From NCBI GenBank assembly GCA_963811165.1, contig CAWEQH010000010.1, positions 704,001 through 768,000 on the forward strand: a stretch of 64,000 nt of DNA. Direction: 5' to 3'. The stretch is from an uncultured Nitrospiraceae bacterium (lineage in GTDB: Bacteria; Nitrospirota; Thermodesulfovibrionia; Thermodesulfovibrionales; UBA6898). Shown here one piece after another: positions 1 to 8,718 of the stretch. The position numbers and the translations under genes were made by a program. Positions within the stretch are counted from its first letter, which is position 1. Every line of letters begins with the position of its first letter. Below the pieces are notes generated by a model. It was not told the origin of the DNA. It made no database searches and saw nothing but the letters and a program-made list of their open reading frames with translations.

Positions 1-35
1 TTCTCACTTACTATTTTTTTTACGCAAGGTTTTTC

Positions 36-833
36 TTACTTCTTACCGTTAGTGTTCACGGTTTTTTGCGGGTTCGTAATCAGCCACCAGGGGGTCTCAA
101 AATCTATCTTGTCTTTCGGTATTTGGAAAGGCTGCTTCCTGAAATAATACTCCCAAAATTCGTCTCTGAGTTCCTTCTGATAAATCTCAAAATTGCCTTT
201 TTTCTCTTCACTCATCAGGAAGGCCCTGTATGCCCCGAACGGCTCGGGGCCGGACTGCTGAGAGACCACCTCGCCGCCATATATTGAGTAGAGCGCCTGG
301 TTGACTTTCCATGTCTCTACAACCTGCCTGCCGATTTCACGATAGGTCCTCAGTTGCTTCTCCTTTCCCTCGGACAGAAAAACCTTGAGTCCTCTTATCC
401 TCCGCTCAAGCTCCGCCTTTTTCTCGGGGGTAAGGCCCTCTTTTTTTAGTTCATCCTCCCATTCCTGGATGTTCTTCTCGTAGGCCGTCTTTGCCTCTTT
501 TCCTTTGGCGATCATAGCATTCGCGAAATCATCGAGGTCCTTGTCAGAAACCCGGATAGCCAATTCCTCCATGAATTGCTTCTTTAACGGTTGCCAGATC
601 AACTCGTTCAGCCTCTTCCGCCTGTATTCAGCCAATACGGCAGACAACTTCTCCTGCGGGACCGATTTTTTGAGGTCTTTCACTGTCTTTGAATCCGGTT
701 CAATATCTTTCGCGTAAATCTGCGAGGCAAGGACCCTTGCGACCGGTTTCTCTGCCGGCGGCAACTCGGCCCCCGCAGGCGCCATCGTTAAAACAGCTGC
801 CATGCAAAGCAGCATACCTTTTATATTCATCAC
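36..833 (-). CDS. Exported hypothetical protein, helical, SurA N-terminal-like
   Basis: 265-aa ORF with signal peptide (LLCMAAVLTMAPAGA) and GGAGGT RBS; charged helical body; family uncertain. Confidence 0.6.
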   Translation of the reverse strand: MMNIKGMLLCMAAVLTMAPAGAELPPAEKPVARVLASQIYAKDIEPDSKTVKDLKKSVPQEKLSAVLAEYRRKRLNELIWQPLKKQFMEELAIRVSDKDLDDFANAMIAKGKEAKTAYEKNIQEWEDELKKEGLTPEKKAELERRIRGLKVFLSEGKEKQLRTYREIGRQVVETWKVNQALYSIYGGEVVSQQSGPEPFGAYRAFLMSEEKKGNFEIYQKELRDEFWEYYFRKQPFQIPKDKIDFETPWWLITNPQKTVNTNGKK

Positions 834-1166
834 TTACCTCCGAAAAAAAGTATCATAAAATAATAGCATAATTGCCTTTGTACTTTGCCACTCTCACGTT
901 TTCTTCTTTACAACCTGGCCCGCTTTTCATTAATATTTATCAGCGGATCGGGGGAGTCTTCCTCTTGTATGCTTGCCTTATTGGAAATGCGGGTCTCAAA
1001 AGAAAAGGGGATTTTCAGTCAATCGATATTGCCGCAGCAGTGGAGGGCTGCAATAAACGGCGGTAGCCTGCGCAAAAATGGATCAGCCGTCGCGCTCTCC
1101 GCAGGTCATATCTCCCAAAAGAAAAATCTGTTAAACTAAAGTCGAGGAAGAACTAAGGAGTATCAA

Positions 1167-1367
1167 ATGAGCAAAATCGAAAACATCGAAAGAGAAATCA
1201 AAGGACTGACTCCGGATGAGCTCCAGGCTTTTCGTAAATGGTTCTGGGCATTCGATGCCGAAGAATGGGATCAACAGTTTGAAAAAGATGCATTGTCCGG
1301 CAGACTGGATTCTGTTGCGGAGGACGCACTTAAATCCTATAAGGCCGGGAACTGCAAAGAGATTTGA
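1167..1367 (+). CDS. Putative antitoxin of a ParE/RelE-like type II TA pair
   Basis: 66 aa, AAGGAG RBS, WDxQxExDxxSGxLD motif shared with 9275..9475; stop overlaps toxin start. Confidence 0.75.
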   Translation: MSKIENIEREIKGLTPDELQAFRKWFWAFDAEEWDQQFEKDALSGRLDSVAEDALKSYKAGNCKEI

Positions 1368-1619
1368 AGCATTTTTGCTTCACCTGAGTTTTGGGCTCTT
1401 TATAAAAGCCTGCCACAAACTGTTCAAGACCTCGCCGATCGCACTTTCAACTTATTAAAGAATGATTCTCGGCACCCTTCCCTTCATCTGAAGAAAGCCG
1501 GGCGATATCGGTCGTGCCGAATCGGATTGCATTATCGTGCAGTTGCCGTTGAAGTTTCCGATGGGCTCCTCTGGTTCTGGATCGGCAGCCATGAAGACTA
1601 TAACAAACTGATGGGTTGA
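1364..1619 (+). pseudogene. ParE/RelE-like toxin with +1 frameshift in T5 run (1372-1376)
   Basis: Removing one T gives MKHFASPEFWALYKSLPQTVQDLADRTFNLLKNDSRHPSLHLKK...RIGLHYRAVAV...WFWIGSHEDYNKLMG*; may be a sequencing error. Confidence 0.75.
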
Positions 1620-1642
1620 TCAACTCCGACTTGAATTGCCGG

Positions 1643-2938
1643 TCACGAACTTTCCTTTAAAAGGGCATCGAGCGGACTCATAGGGACATTTTGAATATCA
1701 CGCAGCACATGGGTATAGATCATCGTAGTCTCTAAGCTCTTATGGCCGAGAAGGTCCTGGATCTCCCTGATGTTGACACCCTTCATAAGCAGGTGAGTTG
1801 CAAAACTGTGCCTCAAGGTATGGACCGTCGCGTGTTTGACAATGCCAGCCTTCTTCACTGCTGTACCTATGGCATCCTGGATGCCCTTGTCGCTAATGTG
1901 GTGGCGTCTGACCTTGCCGCTTCGCGGGTCGACCGAGAGTTTAGCAGAAGGGAAAACATATTGCCATTTCCATTCTTTAGCCGCATTGGGAAATTTTCTT
2001 GCGAGCGCACTTGGAAGATAGACTTCACCGTGTCCAGCTGCCAGGTCTTTATCGTGCAGAGTTTTCGCCCTCGGAAGATGGAGTCGGAGCGGCTCCTTGA
2101 CAGCCTCTGAAAGAATGGTCGATCTGTCCTTGTCTCCCTTGCCGTTTCGGACAACGAGCAGGCCTCCATCGAAGTCGATATCCAGCACCCTCAATCTGGC
2201 GAGTTCCATGACGCGCAGGCCCGAGCCGTACAAGAGCTGTGCAATCAACAGCGACGTACCTGATAAGTGATGGAAGAGCGCTTTCACTTCTTCGATAGAC
2301 AGCACCACAGGTAGTTTTTTCCCTCGCTTGGCCCAGACCATGCCTGAAATATCGCCGAGGTCCCGTCCGAGCACGTCGCGGAAAAGAAACACAAGGGCAC
2401 AAAGCGCCTGATTCTGTGTTGAAGACGAAACCTGTTTACTGATTGCAAGATGGCTCAGGAAATTCTGAACGGCTTCCGGTGTAATAGCCGCGGCAGGGTT
2501 GTCACTTGCGGTCTCCCGCATATATGCGAAGAACCGCTCCGCCCAGTCAAGATAAGAAAGTTCGGTATTGTAGGCAAAGTGTTTGAGTCTAATCAACCGC
2601 TTCATCTCTGCAAGGAGCTTAGGTCTTTCAGAAAGTCGGCCTTCCGGCCTCTCTTTTCCAGACAATGCCTTCAACTTTTCGCCGCCTTTAAAATGGCTAA
2701 GATAGAGGCGCACAGCCTCCCCCGCCTGGCGGACCTGCCAGTCATGGATGTCCTCCTTGGCTTTGAGGGAGTCCAGAAACTCGGCAACTGTAAGATCGAT
2801 ATCTTGTTGTCCCTTCCTGTTGCTGAAAGCAAGGAACTTGCTGGCCCAGATTGCCAGAAAAAGGACGTGTTTTTCGGGAGCTAATTTGTGCGAAAGAAGA
2901 AATTCTTGAAACTCAGGCAAGATCCCGTTGCCGATCAT
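1643..2938 (-). CDS. intI: Integron integrase with N-terminal extension
   Basis: Tyrosine recombinase motifs ([32 protein letters not shown]) plus IntI-specific insert [26 protein letters not shown]...[11 protein letters not shown]; divergent from attC array. Confidence 0.97.
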   Translation of the reverse strand: MIGNGILPEFQEFLLSHKLAPEKHVLFLAIWASKFLAFSNRKGQQDIDLTVAEFLDSLKAKEDIHDWQVRQAGEAVRLYLSHFKGGEKLKALSGKERPEGRLSERPKLLAEMKRLIRLKHFAYNTELSYLDWAERFFAYMRETASDNPAAAITPEAVQNFLSHLAISKQVSSSTQNQALCALVFLFRDVLGRDLGDISGMVWAKRGKKLPVVLSIEEVKALFHHLSGTSLLIAQLLYGSGLRVMELARLRVLDIDFDGGLLVVRNGKGDKDRSTILSEAVKEPLRLHLPRAKTLHDKDLAAGHGEVYLPSALARKFPNAAKEWKWQYVFPSAKLSVDPRSGKVRRHHISDKGIQDAIGTAVKKAGIVKHATVHTLRHSFATHLLMKGVNIREIQDLLGHKSLETTMIYTHVLRDIQNVPMSPLDALLKESS

Positions 2939-3052
2939 TTTGCAAAATCCCCCTTGCTATACGAACTTCGCTTTTGCCCGGTATTTTCCATCATATGCGA
3001 AATCTTAGTCAAGCGCTTTATTTATTTTTACTTGATTTTAAATGATTTTTTG

Positions 3053-3082
3053 TTGACCCCTTATAAGATGTTATGCTACATT
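3053..3082 (+). promoter_or_regulatory. Probable Pc cassette promoter
   Basis: TTGACC-18 bp-TACATT with TGn extended -10, just upstream of attI. Confidence 0.55.
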
Positions 3083-3087
3083 TTCGA

Positions 3088-3120
3088 AAAAGGGGAACTT
3101 CGTATAGTAATATGTTAAGC
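3088..3120 (+). other. attI: attI recombination site
   Basis: GAACTTCGTATAGTAATAT-GTTAAGC; R box GTTAAGC (3114-3120) is complementary to R'' GCTTAAC of attC1. Confidence 0.8.
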
Positions 3121-3130
3121 CGAAAATAGA

Positions 3131-3289
3131 ATGAATATAATTGGCAATATTATCCGATTCGTTTTAGATTCAATAGGACAAGAGGCTGATTCTAAGGAAA
3201 AGACTGAAGGATTAATTTTACTACAGATTTTTGTCTTGTTCATCTTAGCTGTCGGCGGGCTATTCTGGCTTTTCTATCACTTCATGTGA
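3131..3289 (+). CDS. Cassette 1 ORF A, 52-aa single-TM protein (not in ORF track)
   Basis: MNIIGNIIRFVLDSIGQEADSKEKTEGLILLQIFVLFILAVGGLFWLFYHFM*, starts 10 bp after attI. Confidence 0.6.
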   Translation: MNIIGNIIRFVLDSIGQEADSKEKTEGLILLQIFVLFILAVGGLFWLFYHFM

Positions 3290-3315
3290 AACAGAGAACT
3301 AAGAGGGAAAGATAA

Positions 3316-3663
3316 ATGTCATTCTGGTGGTACAAGCGCGATAAGAATGGGAAGAATATATTATGGCAAATCGAATTCTACCCCATGGTGTTCATGGTCA
3401 TCATCGGATTGCTTGCCGCACTAGTCGGACCACGGCTTTTCGGCAATCTAGGGTTTATAATTATTTTCCCATCTCTGCTCATGTTTGCGGGCCTTATCTG
3501 TTTGATTATCGCGAAGGTATCGCTATACAAAAAAGGCATATGGCATTCATTTGGCACCAAGAACATGTCTCTGGGCTGCGCTGCTCTATATCGGGCTGCT
3601 TATATTCTGCTAACGGCAGGCGTGGTTATATTGGTCTTGCTATTAACTGCAATACGAAAATAA
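3316..3663 (+). CDS. Cassette 1 ORF B, membrane protein (about 3 TM)
   Basis: 115 aa, GAGGG RBS, ends just before attC1. Confidence 0.75.
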   Translation: MSFWWYKRDKNGKNILWQIEFYPMVFMVIIGLLAALVGPRLFGNLGFIIIFPSLLMFAGLICLIIAKVSLYKKGIWHSFGTKNMSLGCAALYRAAYILLTAGVVILVLLLTAIRK

Positions 3664-3677
3664 AATGCGACACCTGA

Positions 3678-3765
3678 GCTTAACAAGAAAATCGAGGCGA
3701 CAGGGACTAACCTCGTTGGGTTTTCAGGGTATGGTTGCCCCTGCGCCTCATTTGGGTCGTTGTGT
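3678..3765 (+). other. attC: attC1
   Basis: GCTTAAC...AAT(C)GAGGCG...CGCCTCATT...GTTGTGT imperfect hairpin with extrahelical base. Confidence 0.9.
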
Positions 3766-3800
3766 GCAAATAAATTCAAAATATTAACCAGGAGACATAA

Positions 3801-4211
3801 TTGATGGCAACAATTGCAATCATTATTAATGTAATACTTGGGTTACTCATACTCGGGTTACAAATTTGGATGAATATTAAGCTCAGATTTGCTAAGACAC
3901 AAGCAGAGGCAACAGCCCATGCCAAGAATCTTCTTTCAACTCTTGGTTTTGCCTTAATGAACTGCATTATTATTTTTATCTTATTTCGCGAATTTACTTC
4001 GGCTGCTCCACTTGATAGAAAATCATTATATTTCATAATTTCGTTCTCCCTTACCCTTTTCGCCATCTGGTTTTTATGGCTTCTAAAACCAATGTTATTG
4101 CTTCTCGGTGATCTAGTAACTCTCCATAAATTACATATTTCGGAATCTCATGGCACCACCGAAAAAGGAATAAAGACCACACAACACCAGCATCAAGCAG
4201 ACGGGGAATAA
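3801..4211 (+). CDS. Cassette 2 membrane protein
   Basis: 136 aa, AGGAG RBS, three hydrophobic segments; stop lies inside attC2. Confidence 0.75.
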   Translation: MMATIAIIINVILGLLILGLQIWMNIKLRFAKTQAEATAHAKNLLSTLGFALMNCIIIFILFREFTSAAPLDRKSLYFIISFSLTLFAIWFLWLLKPMLLLLGDLVTLHKLHISESHGTTEKGIKTTQHQHQADGE

Positions 4212-4269
4212 TGCCTTTTCTTTTTTCATTCATCGTTCTTCCCCCCGCTGCTTATGCTCATCGTTAAGC
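4179..4269 (+). other. attC: attC2
   Basis: ACACAAC...GCAT(C)AAGCAG...CTGCTTATGC...GTTAAGC. Confidence 0.9.
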
Positions 4270-4279
4270 CCAAAATATA

Positions 4280-4591
4280 ATGATCGAAGAATTATATAAA
4301 GAACATCTCAAGAGGAAATTTCCTGCCGGGTATGGCGGCGAGGAAGTCCTAGGCATTGATCTCGCACTGCTTGATGGAGACACTGCTGGGTGCATCCAAA
4401 CATTTATTATCCAAAAGAAAAATAACAACAATTTGGATACTAGGCGCACAGCAATTCTTGGCCTTTGCTACAGAGACCTTACAGTGGTAGTTCGAGAACT
4501 AACTGGAGAGGCAAAAGAACATTTCAATGCACTTGAAACAATGGCTCGACTAACTCTTGAGGCAATAATAAGTGCAGAACAAAAGGCTTAA
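4280..4591 (+). CDS. Cassette 3 soluble hypothetical protein
   Basis: 103 aa filling the cassette; stop codon within R'' (GCTTAAC). Confidence 0.8.
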   Translation: MIEELYKEHLKRKFPAGYGGEEVLGIDLALLDGDTAGCIQTFIIQKKNNNNLDTRRTAILGLCYRDLTVVVRELTGEAKEHFNALETMARLTLEAIISAEQKA

Positions 4592-4675
4592 CACGCGGCT
4601 CGATCCGACCGGGATTAAGCCCGCTCGGTTTTCGCAAAGGCTGGTTGCCCCGGCGGCTCAGCCATTTCGTTAAAC
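4586..4675 (+). other. attC: attC3
   Basis: GCTTAAC...GGCT(C)GATCCG...CGGCTCAGCC...GTTAAAC. Confidence 0.88.
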
Positions 4676-4704
4676 GGTAATAATAAAATAGAAAATAATA
4701 ATTC

Positions 4705-4953
4705 ATGATTCGTTATCTTGTAATCAGTTTGATTGTCTTGGCTGCTGTCGGCATACTTTTAATTACTTATGTCCAGACAAGAATAATTAAACAGCATGGA
4801 ATACGGCATTTTCAAAAAAGAGGTTTCATGAATGTTTATTGGAATGACCGAACAAAAACAGAAAGATGGTGCTTCTGGGTTGGGTTGGTACTCGCTTCGT
4901 TAATTTTTATAGTTGCGTTCACAGTTGGCATATGGCAAAAATTAAACGTTTAA
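4705..4953 (+). CDS. Cassette 4 small 2-TM protein
   Basis: 82 aa, stop within R'' GTTTAAC. Confidence 0.75.
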   Translation: MIRYLVISLIVLAAVGILLITYVQTRIIKQHGIRHFQKRGFMNVYWNDRTKTERWCFWVGLVLASLIFIVAFTVGIWQKLNV

Positions 4954-5038
4954 CACGCGCATCGAGGCGACAGGGCATTAACTGTCGGTTTTTTTTCATT
5001 AATTATATTTGCCCTGCCCCTCATGCTTTTCGTTGTGG
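4948..5038 (+). other. attC: attC4
   Basis: GTTTAAC...GCAT(C)GAGG...CCTCATGC...GTTGTGG. Confidence 0.9.
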
Positions 5039-5048
5039 CGCAATATAA

Positions 5049-5438
5049 ATGAAAAAACAAATAATAATATTAAGCCTAATTAGCGCTCTCTTTGTCGTAT
5101 TTGCGCTCATGACACTTTCTACATTTTTCTGGGCAAAACTGAATTGGAGGATCATATTCCATGTCGTGGTCTTTTCAATGTTCTCGCTATCCGTCGCAGT
5201 TGGGCTGCTCAAACGCTACCAATGGGCTCGCTGGCTTGCAGTGGCTTCAATGACTATTGGCATTGCAAATTCTATGGTCGGTGGGTATAAGGATATTCAA
5301 CTCATGTCGGCTCATTATCCCGATGTACCCATTTTCGTATTTTGGCTCGTCGGCGCACCGCTGTGGGCTGTTATTGGTTTATCGATATGGTGGCTCGCAA
5401 AGCCTTCAACTAAAGCATTATTCATCAGTAAAGGATGA
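5049..5438 (+). CDS. Cassette 5 4-TM membrane protein
   Basis: 129 aa, GLLKRYQWARW loop between TM helices. Confidence 0.75.
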   Translation: MKKQIIILSLISALFVVFALMTLSTFFWAKLNWRIIFHVVVFSMFSLSVAVGLLKRYQWARWLAVASMTIGIANSMVGGYKDIQLMSAHYPDVPIFVFWLVGAPLWAVIGLSIWWLAKPSTKALFISKG

Positions 5439-5583
5439 AATCGCACGACAAAAAAACGAGGCCACGACAGCAACCGATATTAACAGCCAAGTTAAAGGCA
5501 ATATAACGACGAAGGATATCGAAGCCAACGGCAATTAAAGGCAAGGCACACGGCAATGAAAACAAAGGCAAATATGAAGGCAG

Positions 5584-5674
5584 CCACAACAATTTGCTCC
5601 AGGCGACGCGGGAATAACGGTGGTTCTTTTTTGGTTATCGCTGGTTGCCCCGCGCCCTGAGCATAACGTTCTGC
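5584..5674 (+). other. attC: attC5
   Basis: CCACAAC...TGCT(C)CAGG...CCTGAGCA...GTTCTGC. Confidence 0.9.
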
Positions 5675-5684
5675 GATAACGCCG

Positions 5685-5819
5685 TCACCGTGATAGCCCT
5701 GTCAATATGAACATCCCTGCGAGAAATGGGGCCGCTGCCGATGCGCCGAATAAAAAGGCATATAAAACGGCAAATGCCAGACATGCTAACCAACAGGCTC
5801 CTCTTATATCTTTGGTCAT
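5685..5819 (-). CDS. Cassette 6 reverse-oriented 44-aa hydrophobic peptide (not in ORF track)
   Basis: AAGGAGGT RBS, then MTKDIRGACWLACLAFAVLYAFLFGASAAAPFLAGMFILTGLSR*; fits wholly between attC5 and attC6. Confidence 0.7.
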   Translation of the reverse strand: MTKDIRGACWLACLAFAVLYAFLFGASAAAPFLAGMFILTGLSR

Positions 5820-5852
5820 CTTACCTCCTTAAAATGAAGAAATTTAGAGGCC

Positions 5853-5941
5853 GCAGAACAATAAAATCGAAGCGACAGGGCATAACCCTGCCGGTTTTCA
5901 ATTCTATTGCTGTTCATGCCCCGCGCCTCATTTTGAGCGTT
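5853..5941 (+). other. attC: attC6 (R' interrupted by IS after GTT)
   Basis: GCAGAAC...AAAAT(C)GAAGCG...CGCCTCATTTT...GTT; the original R' continuation GTTGTAC is at 7752-7758. Confidence 0.88.
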
Positions 5942-7751
5942 GAAGCTGTAGAAAAAGTCAAAAAAGGCTGGAAGAACGCCATTCTGATTTGATAAGATGC
6001 TAGGAGACGGGTTAGCAAGGAGGGAGAGAGAGTGGCGAGATACAAAGAATACGACTATTCACAGGGGAAATTCATACCGATACAATTTGACAAGCAGATA
6101 CTACCGGGGACGTTTGAGCATACCCTTCATTATCTAATCGACAACGAAATAGACCTTTCGATCTTTGATGCGAGATACCAAAACGACGAGACCGGGGCGC
6201 CGGCCTACGATCCGGCGATACTGCTGAAGATAATACTGTATGCCTATTCCAGGGGGATCACCTCAAGCCGGAAGATAGCGCAGTGCTGTGAGGAGAACAT
6301 AATCTTCATGGCGTTGTCGGCAGACACAAGGCCGCATTTCACAACCATAGCGGACTTCATCTCATCGGTAGACCAGGAGATCATAAAACTATTTCTTCAA
6401 GTCCTGTCTGACGTGCGATGCAATGGGGCTGATAGGCAAAGAGATGTTTGCGGTGGACGGCTGCAAGATGCCCTCGAATGCCTCGAAGGAGTGGAGCGGG
6501 ACAAAAGAAGAGCTGCAGGCACAAAAAGAGAAGATGGAGAAGGCGATCCGGCAGATAATCGGAAGGCATCGGGAAATGGATGCGAAGGAGAAAGACAAAG
6601 GGATCATCGAGCAGGAAGAGAAATACGTTGAGACGATGAAAAAGAAGGTAAAGAAGATAAAGGAGTGGCTTGAGGACAACGACGACAAGCCCGGCAAGAG
6701 AGGCAAGCCGATAAAGAGCAACATCACGGACAACGAAAGCGCCAAGATAAAGACCTCGCATGGGGTGATACAGGGATATAACGGAGTGGCGGTGGTGGAT
6801 GACAAACACCAGGTGATAGTGCATGCGGAGGCCTTCGGGGCGGCGCAGGAGCATGATCTTTTAGAGCCGATGATAGAGGGGACGAAGGAGAACTTTGAAG
6901 AGATCGGAGAGGAAGACGTATTTGAGAAAGCAAAGCTTGTAGCCGACAGCGGATATCATACCGAGAAGAATATGCAGATGGTAATGGAAGAAGGGATAGA
7001 CGCATACATAGCGGACACACAGTTTCGGAAGAGAGACCCGAGGTTTGCGGATGTGGATAAATACAAAGAGCGATCCAGGAAAGAACAAAGAGAATTCAAC
7101 GGGACGAAGATGTTATACCGAGCCGAAGGACTTCACGCATCACAGAGGACAAGAAGTTTTGCATCTGTCCTGCGGGGAAGAGACTATATTGTAAAGGCGG
7201 CAATGTGATTATCAACGGATACAAGGCGATGAAGTTCCACGGGCGAAAGACGGACTGCCGGGTTTGTGAAGCAAGGGCAAAGTGTCTTAAATATCCGGAC
7301 ACGAACCGAAGCCCGTCAGGTGTGCTTTTTTCAGGGGCAGGAGACGAGACAGAGCGGACAACGTTTACCGAAAGGATGAAACAAAAGATAGATTCGATAA
7401 AAGGCAGACTCATCTATAACCGAAGACTCGGAACAGCCGAGCCTCCCTTTGCCCATATCAGTCAATACTGGGATTGGATAGATTTACCTTCAGAGGAAAA
7501 CGAAAGGTGAATACCCAATGGCTGCTCTACTGTATTACGCACAATCTCATAAAAGTGCATCGATATGCAGAAGGGTTTGCATAGAAAGAAAAAAAGGAAG
7601 GGCGATGCCTCAGTGAAAGGGCTGTAAAAGAGGATTTAACAACCCCCGTCGATCCAGAACAGCATTAACGGAGAATAAACCGGCAGCTTCAATCGGAGAA
7701 ATACAAAAGAAGATGATGAGGAATCAAAAACAGACTTATTTCTACAGACTC
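5942..7751 (+). mobile_element. IS1182-family insertion sequence
   Basis: Imperfect terminal IRs GAAGCTGTAGAAAAAGTC / GACTTATTTCTACAGACTC; flanking (C)GTT duplication; transposase inside. Confidence 0.9.
6032..7584 (+). pseudogene. tnp: IS1182-family DDE transposase, several frameshifts
   Basis: GAPAYDPAILLKIILYAY..SSRKIA (DUF772-type), AVDG, QGYN, ADSGY, RRLGTAEPPF, RGKRKVNTQW...HNL spread over different frames. Confidence 0.88.
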
Positions 7752-7823
7752 GTTGTACCAAGAAATTAAATGAAATCAAAGACGGCTTTGTCGTCATAAT
7801 CCCGTATCGTCTATAGCAGACGG

Positions 7824-8486
7824 ATGGAAAAAAGGAGGAAGGAAATGGGTAAGTGGGGAAACAATAGGCCTAAGATCGGTTTAATTGTTTTGGCATTTGT
7901 ATTGCCAATTTTTACAGGGTGCGCGTTCTCCGTTGATCGAATAGACCTTTCGTACGATGCGCAGCAGAACGTACAAAAAATGGCCGGAGTTGACAATATC
8001 TCAATAGAAGTAAATGTAAAAGATGTGCGGACGCAGACGGACAGAGTGAGTTCCAAGGGGGTTGCCAACCAAGCAGCTGCGATAATTTCCAACCAGGACG
8101 TATCCAAGCTTGTCAAAGAGGCTATAGAACGAGAGCTGGCGCAACGGGGGTATATGGTTTCACCCGGTCATGTCATCATTATGTGCGACCTGAGCAACTT
8201 CTGGGCGAAGTGGGAGATGGGGTTCTGGGCAGGCAAAGCACACGGGTCTTGTCAGTTTATGGTTAAAGTTCTTGACCAAAAAAGAACGCTCATTTTCTCG
8301 GATATCATCAGTGGAGAATCCACGAAAGATGGCATCCAACTTACGTCAGGCGATAATGCAAAGGAAGTGCTTGAACTTGCTTTAAAAGATGCGATGAAGA
8401 AGCTTTTTCAGACACAAGATTTTTTTGACGCCATAGCTAAAGCGGCTGGCAAAGAGCGAATGGCAAAGTCTGACATAAAAGAATGA
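7824..8486 (+). CDS. Cassette 7 YajG-like lipoprotein
   Basis: Lipobox FTGC; VKDVR, LVKEAIERELAQRGY; real start may be 7845. Confidence 0.7.
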   Translation: MEKRRKEMGKWGNNRPKIGLIVLAFVLPIFTGCAFSVDRIDLSYDAQQNVQKMAGVDNISIEVNVKDVRTQTDRVSSKGVANQAAAIISNQDVSKLVKEAIERELAQRGYMVSPGHVIIMCDLSNFWAKWEMGFWAGKAHGSCQFMVKVLDQKRTLIFSDIISGESTKDGIQLTSGDNAKEVLELALKDAMKKLFQTQDFFDAIAKAAGKERMAKSDIKE

Positions 8487-8562
8487 AAAGGTGAAAGCGC
8501 GGGGCTGATTATTGATAGCGACAGCGGAATAGAGACAACGCCCTGATAAAAAAACAAGAGGC

Positions 8563-8657
8563 GTACAACAAGCGCATCGAGAGGGACGCGGGAATAGCCG
8601 TCATTCTTTTTCATTCTGGCGTGGTTGCTCCCGCGCTCCTCATGCTTGTCGTTGTGG
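8563..8657 (+). other. attC: attC7
   Basis: GTACAAC (complement of GTTGTAC at 7752)...GCAT(C)GAG...CTCATGC...GTTGTGG. Confidence 0.9.
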
Positions 8658-8718
8658 CGAATATATATAAATAATCTCTGTCAATACGTTATAATTTGGT
8701 CATAGCGGAGGTAAAAAT

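Noticed and set aside
5930..5961. Outward promoter from the IS left end driving the reverse peptide cassette
   Set aside because: A TTGACT -35 exists on the minus strand but there is no acceptable -10 at 16-18 bp.
5726..5992. 88-aa plus-strand ORF in cassette 6
   Set aside because: Crosses attC6 and the IS end and has no RBS; the minus-strand peptide with a strong RBS fits better.
6400..7470. Programmed frameshifting in the transposase
   Set aside because: At least four scattered frame breaks without clear slippery motifs; decay or consensus error is more likely.
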